A stretch of 64,000 nucleotides of DNA. It comes from a virus. Lineage: Duplodnaviria; Caudoviricetes. The notes under the pieces are model-generated. The model made no database searches. It was given only the letters and a program-made list of their open reading frames with translations, and was not told where the DNA came from. The first letter of the stretch is position 1. Every line of letters begins with the position of its first letter. The translations under genes and the position numbers were made by a program. Location of the stretch: the IMG/VR virus record IMGVR_UViG_3300031784_000002, one strand, 5' to 3'. This document shows, piece by piece, positions 47,724-56,762 of the stretch.

Positions 47724-47725
47724 TT

Positions 47726-48676
47726 ATGAGTCGTGATGAATTTCTGTGGGTAGAGAAATACCGCCCACGCAAGATTGAAGATTGTATTCTCCCAGATGCT
47801 AACAAGAAGACATTTTTGGAGTTTCTAAATAACAAAGAAATTCCGAACCTGATGCTTGCTGGCCCTGCAGGGTGCGGAAAAACTACAGTTGCAAAAGCTC
47901 TGTGTGAAGAACTAGGAGTAGATTACTATGTTATTAATGGATCTGACGAAGGACGATTTCTGGACACGGTACGGAACCAGGCAAAGAACTTTGCTTCGAC
48001 CGTCTCACTTTCTGCGGGTGATGCAAAACACAAAGTCATCATCATTGATGAGGCTGACAACACAACCCACGATGTACAACTCCTTCTGCGGGCTAATATT
48101 GAGGCGTTTTATAACAACTGTCGATTCATCTTCACTTGCAACTACAAGAACAAGATCATCGAACCCCTACACTCTCGATGTGCAGTCGTTGAGTTCAGTA
48201 TCAAAGGGAAAGAAAAAGCCCAGTTGGCAGGATCCTTCTTCAAGCGTCTACAGAACATCCTGGATGCGGAAGGTGTACAATACGATCCTAAAGTCCTTGC
48301 AGAACTCATCAACAAACATTTCCCCGACTGGCGACGAGTCCTAAACGAATGTCAGAGGTATTCTGCTGGTGGTAAAGTTGACTCTGCAATTCTTGCTGAA
48401 TTTTCTGATGTAAATGTAAATGAACTTATCAAGAATCTCAAAACTAAAAACTTTACTGAAGTCCGAAAGTGGGTGGTCGGGAACCTGGACAACGATGCTT
48501 CTGGTTTACTTCGCAGGGTTTATGACGCCTCTTTTGATCATTTTTCACCTTCATCTATCCCTGCTGCCGTTCTTATTATTGCTAAGTATCAATACCAATG
48601 TGCGTTCGTGGCTGACCAGGAAGTAAATCTTCTTGCAGCATTAACTGAAATTATGTGTGAGGTTGAATTCAAATGA
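47726..48676 (+). CDS. g44: Clamp loader large subunit gp44
   Basis: WVEKYRP, GPAGCGKTT, IIDEAD, SRC, FPDWRR. Confidence 0.97.
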   Translation: MSRDEFLWVEKYRPRKIEDCILPDANKKTFLEFLNNKEIPNLMLAGPAGCGKTTVAKALCEELGVDYYVINGSDEGRFLDTVRNQAKNFASTVSLSAGDAKHKVIIIDEADNTTHDVQLLLRANIEAFYNNCRFIFTCNYKNKIIEPLHSRCAVVEFSIKGKEKAQLAGSFFKRLQNILDAEGVQYDPKVLAELINKHFPDWRRVLNECQRYSAGGKVDSAILAEFSDVNVNELIKNLKTKNFTEVRKWVVGNLDNDASGLLRRVYDASFDHFSPSSIPAAVLIIAKYQYQCAFVADQEVNLLAALTEIMCEVEFK

Positions 48677-48969
48677 TTGATGTAAAACTATTTCGTATTG
48701 CAACTGGTGAAGAAGTTGTCGCTGAGTTGGTATCTCAGGATGATAACTTTGTAACAGTAAAAAATGGCCTGGTTGTTCTTCCTAGTCCGGATGGTCGTGT
48801 GGGATTTGCTCCATGGGCTTCCGTAATTGATAAAACAATTCCCGATCTTATTATTGCTAAAAATCATATTGTTTATATTGCAGAAGTTGATCCACAAGTC
48901 AAAAACAAGTATAATGAAATTTATGGGAGTAAACTAGTAACTCCTGGTGAAAAGAAATTGATTCTCTGA
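48673..48969 (+). CDS. Hypothetical protein, Sm-like fold family
   Basis: KLFRIATGEEVVAEL...FAPW. Confidence 0.6.
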   Translation: MIDVKLFRIATGEEVVAELVSQDDNFVTVKNGLVVLPSPDGRVGFAPWASVIDKTIPDLIIAKNHIVYIAEVDPQVKNKYNEIYGSKLVTPGEKKLIL

Positions 48970-48970
48970 T

Positions 48971-50092
48971 ATGCAATTAGAACTTGATGATGCTGTTTAC
49001 GCAGCCGATAAATTCATTGATTACTTTTCTAACATGGGAAGGATTGATGAATATCTGCGTAACATTAAACTTGAACGAATGGAACAAATGCCTTCATCCA
49101 TTCTTGGGATTGGTCCTGAGGATGATATGTTTGATGCATTTGACATGCACCCACAGGACATGAACTTTAAAGTTTATACTGCGGGGGAGAGGGGTGGATT
49201 TACAAATGAATATTTTAATGAGAGGTTGCAGATTACTACCTCTCACGCGATTGAGGATAGTATTCCTGGTAAGTCTCTGAAGTGGATTGTACAAGAAACT
49301 AACACACAGAAGATTGTTGGTTTCTGTCGGTTTGGTTCTCCCACAATCAACTCTAAACCTCGCAATGATTGGCTTGGACAAACTCCCCAGTTGTCTAGGT
49401 TTAATCGTCATGCAATCATGGGATTCATTATTGTCCCAACCCAACCTTTTGGTTTCAACTATCTGGGAGGTAAACTCCTTGCACTTCTTTGTTGTTCTCA
49501 TACTGCTCGTGAGACGTTAAATAAGAAGTATGGATCAGATATTTGTTCTTTTGAGACCACTTCTCTTTATGGTTCCACTAAGGCCTCATCTCAGTATGAT
49601 GGTCTGAAACCTTATATGAGGTATAAGGGTCTAACTCAAAGTGATTTTACTCCTCTGCTCCATGACGAGATCTTTCAGGACTTAAACAAATGGTTTATTC
49701 AGAGGAACGACAATCAATCTCTGGTGAAGGAGGACGCATCCAGTCGGAAACTCAAGACACAACAAAAGATGATCTCAATCATCAAGAAAAGCTTACCTTC
49801 TCAAAAGGTTGTGGAGTTCCAGACTGCGATTGCAAATGCAAAAAATCTGACTGAACAGAAGAGATTTTATATTTCAGATTATGGTTTTGAGAATGCTCGT
49901 GAAGTCATTCTTGGACAAGATGAAGTTCTGCGTCCTGGTCAAAACTATGACAAGTTTCACTTTGACCATCTTGTGAACTGGTGGAAGAAAAAGGCTTCTA
50001 ATCGTTATGAAAATTTGAAGTCCGAAGGTCGTCTTCGTACTGAACTTGAGACTTGGAACAAGAACCCCGAATCGATTGATATTATCCGATGA
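48971..50092 (+). CDS. DUF4338/DruA-like hypothetical protein
   Basis: IVGFCRFGSP...RNDWLG, VPTQPFGFNYLGGKLLALL, ETTSLYG..SQYDGL. Confidence 0.6.
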   Translation: MQLELDDAVYAADKFIDYFSNMGRIDEYLRNIKLERMEQMPSSILGIGPEDDMFDAFDMHPQDMNFKVYTAGERGGFTNEYFNERLQITTSHAIEDSIPGKSLKWIVQETNTQKIVGFCRFGSPTINSKPRNDWLGQTPQLSRFNRHAIMGFIIVPTQPFGFNYLGGKLLALLCCSHTARETLNKKYGSDICSFETTSLYGSTKASSQYDGLKPYMRYKGLTQSDFTPLLHDEIFQDLNKWFIQRNDNQSLVKEDASSRKLKTQQKMISIIKKSLPSQKVVEFQTAIANAKNLTEQKRFYISDYGFENAREVILGQDEVLRPGQNYDKFHFDHLVNWWKKKASNRYENLKSEGRLRTELETWNKNPESIDIIR

Positions 50093-50478
50093 GTTACGAA
50101 CTAAAAGATTATCTCAACTCCATCAACTTCGCAAAGGATTATTTGATGGATGATGGAGATCCTCAGTGGGAGAAGAAGTATCCGGCATTTGTCGTCAACA
50201 AATGTATGTCAGGTCACATTGATACGATCATGTTTGCAAATGAGATGAACATGAACCATCAATTACCTTCAAGACTTCAATATGATTTTTTACTAAATAG
50301 TGTCAGGAAACGGAAAAGATTTTCTCCGTGGCTTAAAAAAGAGAAGATTCAAGATCTTGATGCAGTCAAATCATACTATGGTTATAGTAATGAAAAGGCC
50401 CAACAAGCACTGAAAATTCTAACAAAAGACCAAATTAATTATATTAAATCTAAACTTGATGTTGGAGGCAAAAGATGA
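50089..50478 (+). CDS. g62: Clamp loader small subunit gp62
   Basis: LKDYLNSIN, QYDFLLNSVRKRKRFSPW, YYGYSNEKA. Confidence 0.93.
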   Translation: MSYELKDYLNSINFAKDYLMDDGDPQWEKKYPAFVVNKCMSGHIDTIMFANEMNMNHQLPSRLQYDFLLNSVRKRKRFSPWLKKEKIQDLDAVKSYYGYSNEKAQQALKILTKDQINYIKSKLDVGGKR

Positions 50479-50906
50479 GTACCTTTGTTGAACCAGAAGT
50501 CAATTGGTCACAAGACCAAATGGTGGAAGTGGTTCTGAATGAACCAGACGATTTTCTAAAAGTCCGTGAGACACTCACTCGTATCGGTGTTGCCTCTCGT
50601 AAGGAAAAGAAAATCTACCAGTCCTGTCATATTCTTCATAAACAGGGACGCTACTATATCGTTCATTTTAAAGAGTTGTTTGCACTTGACGGCAAACATG
50701 CAAATCTTACTGTGAATGATGTACAAAGACGTAACAGGATTATTAATCTAATTTCTGATTGGGGATTAGTCACTATTATTAAACCAGATTCCGTAACAGA
50801 TGTTGCACCTTTGAATCAAATTAAAGTTCTTTCCTATAAGGATAAGGGTGATTGGGTTCTTGAGAGTAAGTATAATATCGGTAAGAAAAAGAAACCGGAA
50901 GCCTAA
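50475..50906 (+). CDS. regA: Translational repressor RegA
   Basis: DDFLKVRETLTRIG, LYQSCHILHKQG-like segment, YYIVHFKELFALDGK. Confidence 0.97.
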   Translation: MSTFVEPEVNWSQDQMVEVVLNEPDDFLKVRETLTRIGVASRKEKKIYQSCHILHKQGRYYIVHFKELFALDGKHANLTVNDVQRRNRIINLISDWGLVTIIKPDSVTDVAPLNQIKVLSYKDKGDWVLESKYNIGKKKKPEA

Positions 50907-50925
50907 GTTTTTCGGTATACCACAC

Positions 50926-50960
50926 AAAAGAGGATCGGTTTTGCACCCCTCCTCTTTTTT
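50926..50960 (+). terminator. Terminator after regA
   Basis: AAAAGAGGA...TCCTCTTTTTT inverted repeat. Confidence 0.7.
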
Positions 50961-51035
50961 AATGTCTTGATATATAATAAGTGCGGAGTCTTCGGATCCG
51001 CAATTTAATCTAACAGACGCTTAAGGAGGTCTATC

Positions 51036-51473
51036 ATGTTACTCGCAAAGTACAACACGGCTAACATTGACAAATTTTTAAATGATATTGAAAAATATAG
51101 TATTGGAATGGATGAGTGGTTTAATCGATTTGGGACCGCACATGAGTCCTATCACAACTACCCACCATACAATTTGATTAAGGAGAGTGAGACGGAGTTC
51201 CGTTTAGAGATCGCTCTTGCAGGATACAAAAAGGAAGATTTTGAAGTTTTCACTGAATGGAATAAACTCTTCGTTGAAGCGAAGAAGTCGGAAACTTCTG
51301 ATGTAGGGGAATATCTTCACAATGGTCTTGCAAAGAGGGCTTTTACAAGAACCTGGACACTATCTGACGATGTTAAAGTCTCTGATGTCAAGTTTGAGGA
51401 TGGTCTACTCCATGTCAAACTAAATAGGATTATCCCTGAGCATCAGAAACGAAAGGTGTATGAAATCCTTTAA
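51036..51473 (+). CDS. hsp20: Small heat-shock protein Hsp20
   Basis: NYPPYNLIK, LEIALAGY, YLH.GLAKRAFTRTWTL, FEDGLL; SD AGGAGG. Confidence 0.96.
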   Translation: MLLAKYNTANIDKFLNDIEKYSIGMDEWFNRFGTAHESYHNYPPYNLIKESETEFRLEIALAGYKKEDFEVFTEWNKLFVEAKKSETSDVGEYLHNGLAKRAFTRTWTLSDDVKVSDVKFEDGLLHVKLNRIIPEHQKRKVYEIL

Positions 51474-51648
51474 GCAGTTCTTAGAACAAGTCGGAAACAT
51501 TAAACAGATTTCTTACCCTGCTGCCGTTAGGCATAAAATCTACAATCCGTTGACTGGAAAATCAAAAGTAGTCCCTGCAGGAAAAGCTGTGCCTAAGAAT
51601 CCAGGCGGGGGTGGATCTGGTAATTCCGCAGATGGTGATGGAGCCTAA
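51460..51648 (+). CDS. Small protein with CTS-like N-terminus (MKSFKQFLEQ)
   Basis: 62 aa; overlaps the end of hsp20. Confidence 0.55.
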   Translation: MKSFKQFLEQVGNIKQISYPAAVRHKIYNPLTGKSKVVPAGKAVPKNPGGGGSGNSADGDGA

Positions 51649-51679
51649 ATAATACGGGCTACCAAATATCGTCGTCGCT

Positions 51680-51721
51680 GGGGTTCAACTGGCAAAATCC
51701 AGTTGACACCCCCCTTTTTTT
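51680..51721 (+). terminator. Terminator with an embedded -35 box
   Basis: GGGGTTCAACTGG-CAAAAT-CCAGTTGACACCCC plus a T-run. Confidence 0.8.
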
Positions 51722-51731
51722 GTGTTATCGT
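51703..51731 (+). promoter_or_regulatory. sigma70-type promoter upstream of the g43 operon
   Basis: TTGACA-17 nt-TATCGT with extended TG. Confidence 0.65.
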
Positions 51732-51752
51732 ATTAGGAGGTATGGAGTAGTT

Positions 51753-52163
51753 ATGGCTATTAAATTGGCCCTTTTAAAATCGGGTGAAACTGTAATTGCA
51801 GATATTATGGAGTTGGTGGATGAAAACGAAAAGGTAGTTTCCTTAGTTTTTTCAAGTCCTTTCAATGTACGACTATTAACTCCAGAATTGTTGATGGAAA
51901 ATAGTACTGGAGTACAAGGCGAAGTTGAACATAGAGTCTCATTTTATCCATGGATAGTTTTATCTGAAGATAAAAAGATTGCAGTTGATCCTACGTGGGT
52001 AGTTAGTGTAGTAAATCCGCATGAATGGATTCGGACTTCCTATGAAGAAAAAATGAATTCAAACACAGAAGAAGTTCAAACAAAAGACCTAGAAGAATCA
52101 AATAATACAGAAACTTTGATTGAAAATTTTGAAGTAATTCAGGAAGAAAACGATGGAGAGTGA
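51753..52163 (+). CDS. Hypothetical protein, Sm-like fold family
   Basis: IKLALLKSGETVIADI...FYPW. Confidence 0.6.
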   Translation: MAIKLALLKSGETVIADIMELVDENEKVVSLVFSSPFNVRLLTPELLMENSTGVQGEVEHRVSFYPWIVLSEDKKIAVDPTWVVSVVNPHEWIRTSYEEKMNSNTEEVQTKDLEESNNTETLIENFEVIQEENDGE

Positions 52164-52410
52164 AGTTCAAGTCATTGTTCTAGTTAGTGGAACAATAATT
52201 ATTTCAAGAATTGCTGCAGTTGTATCTGAACTTGGGGAACCGGATTGTAAGCTTATTAATCCATATCAAATAATGGATGGTAAACTTATTCCATGGCTGG
52301 ATGAGTTGACTGATTCAACTGATGCAATTATGATCTCTTCAGACAAAATTTTAACTTTGGTTGATCCCAAAGATACTCTACTTAATGATTATTTGACTCT
52401 TATTAAATGA
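52153..52410 (+). CDS. Hypothetical protein, Sm-like fold family
   Basis: VIVLVSGTIIISRI...LINPY...LIPW. Confidence 0.6.
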   Translation: MESEVQVIVLVSGTIIISRIAAVVSELGEPDCKLINPYQIMDGKLIPWLDELTDSTDAIMISSDKILTLVDPKDTLLNDYLTLIK

Positions 52411-54905
52411 AGTTTTACACGAATGTCTTTCAACTAGGTAATGATATCCTTGTCCGAGGTTATGAAAATGGAAAACATTTTACAAACAGGGAAGAGTTTT
52501 ATCCCACGTTTTACGTCCCATCAAAGAAAGAAAGTAAATACAAAACCCTTGATGGAGTAAATGTCGAACCTATTCGTCCTGGCACCATTCGAGATTGCAG
52601 AGATTTTCTGGAAAAATATGAAGGTGTAAATGGATTTAGGGTCTATGGGAATGATCGGTTCATCTATCAATATATTGGGGAAAAGTATCCAGAGGATGAG
52701 ATTAAGTTTGATATCAACAAGATCAAACTTGTAACAATTGACATTGAGGTTGCTGCGGAAAGTGGATTTCCAGATGTATTCAATTGTGCAGAAGAACTTC
52801 TTTTGGTTACAGTTCAGGATTATAACACTAAACAGATCACTACCTTTGGTTCTCGTCCTGCACAAGTTTCCCAAGAAAATGTGAAATACATTTATTGTAA
52901 AGATGAGTATGCACTCATCAATACTTTCATGGATTGGTGGCAAAACAATACTCCAGAAGTAGTGACTGGATGGAACTGTGAACTCTATGATATTCCATAT
53001 TTGATCGGCCGTATTAGCCGACTTATGGGAGAGAAAGTTGCTAAAAGATTTTCTCCTTGGAATATTGTAAAGGTAAAAGAAGTTCAAATTTCTGGTCGTA
53101 AACAATTGAGTTGTGAGATTGCAGGCGTTTCTATTATTGACTATCTTGATCTTTATAAGAAATCTCCTGCAACTCCAAACCAAGAAAGTTACCGACTAGA
53201 TCATATTGCCTTCATGGAGTTGTCTCAAAATAAGTTGGATCACTCCGAATATGATACTTTCCGTGACTTCTATACCAATAATTGGCAGAAGTTTGTAGAG
53301 TACAACATCGTTGACGTAGAACTGGTAGACCGACTTGAGGATAAACTTAAGTTGATTGACCTCTGTTTCACCCGTGCATTTGACGCAAAGGTGAACTTTA
53401 ACGATATTGCATATCAAGTTCGCACTTGGGACGCAATCATTTATAACTATCTTCTTAAGAAGAATATTGTGATCCCTCAAAAAGAACGCAATACTAAAGA
53501 TGAAAAGTATGCAGGTGCATATGTAAAAGAACCTATTCCAGGTTCTTATGATTGGGTAGTTAACTTTGACCTTAACTCCCTGTATCCGCATTTGATTATG
53601 CAATATAACATCAGCCCCGAAACTCTTCTTGATAATCGTCACCCCAATGTGACAGTTGATAAGGTATTGAAAAAGGAACTGACTTTTGAGATGTATAAGG
53701 ACTATGCGGTATGTGCCAATGGTGCAATGTATCGCAAAGATATTCGTGGGTTTCTCCCAGAACTCATGGAAAAAATGTACAATGAACGAGTCATCTTTAA
53801 AAAGAAGATGATTGAGGCGAAGAAGGCCTATGAGAAGACTCCGACTAAAGAATTGGAGAAGGAGATCTCTCGTTGCGATAATATCCAAATGGCTAAAAAG
53901 ATTGCACTTAACTCTGCTTATGGTGCAATCGGTAATGAATACTTCCGTTACTACAAACTTGCAAATGCAGAAGCGATTACTCTGTCTGGTCAAGTAGCCA
54001 TTCAATGGATTGAAGAGAAGATGAACTCTTACATGAATAAGGTTCTCAAAACTGAGGAAGTTGATTATGTCATTGCTATGGATACTGACTCCATTTATAT
54101 TAATATGGGTCCTTTTGTTGACGCTGTATTCAAGGGGAGAGAGAAAACTACTGATGAAATTGTCAATTTCCTTGATAAGGTGTGTAACTTGGAACTTGAA
54201 AAGTATATTGAAGGTTCTTACCAAGAATTGGCCGACTACTTGAATGCTTATGACCAGAAGATGTACATGAAACGTGAGAACATTGCGGAACGTGGTATTT
54301 GGACTGGTAAGAAGCGTTATATCCTTCGTGTGTGGGACTCCGAGGGTGTTCGATACAAGGAACCAAAACTTAAGATGATGGGTATTGAAGCCATCAAAAC
54401 ATCTACTCCTGCACCTTGTCGTAAAATGATTAAGGATGCAATCCAAATCATTATGACTAAAGATGAGGATGATGTGATTGAGTTTATTGAGAATTGTCGT
54501 AAGGAATTCAAATCACTGAAACCAGAAGAGATTGCATTTCCTAGAAGTGTATCTGAAATTAATAAGTGGATGTCTAGAACAACCCTTTATAATAAAGGAG
54601 TTCCAATTCATGTACGAGGTGTGATTTTATATAATCATCATACCAAACTCCAAAACTTGGATAAGAAATATCCTCCTATTCAGAGTGGGGAGAAAATTAA
54701 ATTTGTGTATCTTAAGATTCCGAATTCTATTCAAGAAAATGTATTTTCCTTTATTCAAGATTTTCCTAGGGAGTTGGGTTTGGAGAAATATGTAGATTAT
54801 GACACTCAATTTGATAAATCTTTTGTTGAACCATTGAGAATTATTCTTGATTCTATTGGATGGTCAGTTGAGAAGACAATTAGTTTGGAGAGTTTCTTTT
54901 CATGA
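52407..54905 (+). CDS. g43: Family B DNA polymerase gp43
   Basis: DIEV and GWN exonuclease motifs; FDLNSLYP, KIALNSAYG, DTDS polymerase motifs. Confidence 0.99.
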   Translation: MKFYTNVFQLGNDILVRGYENGKHFTNREEFYPTFYVPSKKESKYKTLDGVNVEPIRPGTIRDCRDFLEKYEGVNGFRVYGNDRFIYQYIGEKYPEDEIKFDINKIKLVTIDIEVAAESGFPDVFNCAEELLLVTVQDYNTKQITTFGSRPAQVSQENVKYIYCKDEYALINTFMDWWQNNTPEVVTGWNCELYDIPYLIGRISRLMGEKVAKRFSPWNIVKVKEVQISGRKQLSCEIAGVSIIDYLDLYKKSPATPNQESYRLDHIAFMELSQNKLDHSEYDTFRDFYTNNWQKFVEYNIVDVELVDRLEDKLKLIDLCFTRAFDAKVNFNDIAYQVRTWDAIIYNYLLKKNIVIPQKERNTKDEKYAGAYVKEPIPGSYDWVVNFDLNSLYPHLIMQYNISPETLLDNRHPNVTVDKVLKKELTFEMYKDYAVCANGAMYRKDIRGFLPELMEKMYNERVIFKKKMIEAKKAYEKTPTKELEKEISRCDNIQMAKKIALNSAYGAIGNEYFRYYKLANAEAITLSGQVAIQWIEEKMNSYMNKVLKTEEVDYVIAMDTDSIYINMGPFVDAVFKGREKTTDEIVNFLDKVCNLELEKYIEGSYQELADYLNAYDQKMYMKRENIAERGIWTGKKRYILRVWDSEGVRYKEPKLKMMGIEAIKTSTPAPCRKMIKDAIQIIMTKDEDDVIEFIENCRKEFKSLKPEEIAFPRSVSEINKWMSRTTLYNKGVPIHVRGVILYNHHTKLQNLDKKYPPIQSGEKIKFVYLKIPNSIQENVFSFIQDFPRELGLEKYVDYDTQFDKSFVEPLRIILDSIGWSVEKTISLESFFS

Positions 54906-55063
54906 GTAAATATGTGGTGGTTTGGGCTGAACCTGGAGAATTATCTCCAGTCAAAAACAGGAAGATGTTTGATTCACCATCCACCGCATATTGGTTTGCA
55001 AATGAGCTAAAAAAGAAGTATAATTGGGTTATCTGCACTGAGTCAAAAAATTTAGAGGAGTAA
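54902..55063 (+). CDS. Small hypothetical protein (53 aa)
   Basis: ATGA overlap with g43; MSKYVVVWAEPGELSPVKNRKMFDSP... Confidence 0.55.
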   Translation: MSKYVVVWAEPGELSPVKNRKMFDSPSTAYWFANELKKKYNWVICTESKNLEE

Positions 55064-55064
55064 T

Positions 55065-55229
55065 ATGGATTTGCCTATTAATGACCAAGAATTAAATACA
55101 ATTATCAGTGCTATGGCTCTTGGTGGAGATACTGCATTATTTCAAAAACTAAAACTTGTAAAGGAACTCCGAGAACAAGGACTTCCATATAAAAAAATCT
55201 TACGTGAAGAATACGGGATGGTGGCTTGA
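55065..55229 (+). CDS. Small hypothetical protein (54 aa)
   Basis: GAGGAG SD; [29 protein letters not shown]...; TGATG overlap with uvsX. Confidence 0.6.
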   Translation: MDLPINDQELNTIISAMALGGDTALFQKLKLVKELREQGLPYKKILREEYGMVA

Positions 55230-56230
55230 TGGACTTTTTAAAAGATATTGTAAAAGAAATTGGTGGGGAATATACCAAACTTGCTTCAGATATAGACGAG
55301 ACCGAGAGTTATGTGGATACGGGTTCATACATTTTTAACGCACTGGTTTCAGGTTCTATATTTGGCGGTGTATCTGGGAATAAGATTACTGCTATTGCTG
55401 GAGAGTCTTCTACTGGAAAAACTTTCTTCTCTCTCGCTGTGGTTAAGAATTTTCTTGATACTAACCCCGATGGTTATTGTCTCTACTTTGATACTGAAGC
55501 TGCTATTACCAAATCTCTCGTAGAATCTCGTGGAATTGATACTACTCGTCTTGTTGTTGTTAATGTTGTTACAGTGGAGGAGTTCCGTGGTAAGGCGCTC
55601 AAAGCGGTAGACCTATACTTAAAAAAACCCGAATCAGAACGCAAACCCTGTATGTTTGTGTTGGACTCTTTGGGTATGCTTTCAACTGAGAAAGAAATTA
55701 CTGATGCTCTGAATGACAAACAAGTTCGTGATATGACCAAATCACAACTGATTAAAGGTGCATTCCGTATGCTTACTCTTAAGTTGGGTCAAGCGCAAAT
55801 TCCAATGATTGTAACCAATCACACTTATGATGTCATCGGTGCTTACGTTCCTACTAAGGAAATGGGTGGTGGTAGTGGACTTAAGTATGCGGCTTCTACT
55901 ATTATTCATCTTTCTAAGAAAAAAGAAAAAGATGGAACGGATGTTATTGGAAACATTATTAAATGCAAAACTGCTAAGTCTCGTTTAAGTAAGGAGAATC
56001 AACAAGTTGAAGTTCGTTTGTATTACGATGAGCGTGGTCTTGATCGTTATTACGGTCTTCTTGAACTCGGTGAGATTGGCGGACTTTGGAAAAATGTCGC
56101 AGGTAGATATGAAATTGATGGAAAGAAAATCTACGCAAAACAAATCCTCGCAAATCCAGAGGAATATTTCACTCCAGAAGTAATGCAGGCTTTAGATGAA
56201 ATTGCTCAGAAAGAGTTTTGTTATGGATGA
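55229..56230 (+). CDS. uvsX: RecA-like recombinase UvsX
   Basis: [33 protein letters not shown]. Confidence 0.97.
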   Translation: MDFLKDIVKEIGGEYTKLASDIDETESYVDTGSYIFNALVSGSIFGGVSGNKITAIAGESSTGKTFFSLAVVKNFLDTNPDGYCLYFDTEAAITKSLVESRGIDTTRLVVVNVVTVEEFRGKALKAVDLYLKKPESERKPCMFVLDSLGMLSTEKEITDALNDKQVRDMTKSQLIKGAFRMLTLKLGQAQIPMIVTNHTYDVIGAYVPTKEMGGGSGLKYAASTIIHLSKKKEKDGTDVIGNIIKCKTAKSRLSKENQQVEVRLYYDERGLDRYYGLLELGEIGGLWKNVAGRYEIDGKKIYAKQILANPEEYFTPEVMQALDEIAQKEFCYG

Positions 56231-56762
56231 TTTTATCAAGATCTATGATAATGTTCTTCCCCAAGAAACATGTCAGATCTTGATCAATCTCTTTGACCTG
56301 AGTGGATATAAGGAGATTGTCAATAACAAAGGAACTCCAAACTTTACACAATTAAATATCAATCAAAAACATCCAGATAGTGTCAAACAACTATCTCAAG
56401 TTACTATGAGTGTACTGAGCCTTTACAAAAAAGAGTTCTCAGACTACACTAGATGGTATCCACCACGACTCTTCTTAGAAGAGTTTCGTATTAAGAAGTA
56501 TCATTCTAGGAGTCATGATAGATTTGATATTCATGTTGATGTTGAAGATCATGCCTCTTCAAGAAGGTATCTAGCTTTCTTGTATTATCTAAATGATGAT
56601 TTCACTGGTGGTGAAACTGAGTTTCCTCATCACAATAAAAAGATTGTTCCTAAACAAGGATCAGTCATGGTGTTTCCTCCAACTTGGCAGTATCCTCATG
56701 CGGGATTGCGAGTCAATAAAGGAGTAAAGTATATTATGTCCACTTATTGTCACTATTACTAA
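56223..56762 (+). CDS. 2OG-Fe(II) oxygenase (prolyl-4-hydroxylase-like)
   Basis: FDIHVD (HxD), [18 protein letters not shown]. Confidence 0.88.
   Translation: MDDFIKIYDNVLPQETCQILINLFDLSGYKEIVNNKGTPNFTQLNINQKHPDSVKQLSQVTMSVLSLYKKEFSDYTRWYPPRLFLEEFRIKKYHSRSHDRFDIHVDVEDHASSRRYLAFLYYLNDDFTGGETEFPHHNKKIVPKQGSVMVFPPTWQYPHAGLRVNKGVKYIMSTYCHYY

Noticed and set aside
53196-54446. 416-aa minus-strand ORF (also 44749-45783, 39107-39952 and 52521-53183)
   Set aside because: They lie wholly antisense to well-conserved genes (g43, cobS, cobT-like), have no recognisable motifs or RBS, and are explained by codon bias on the sense strand.
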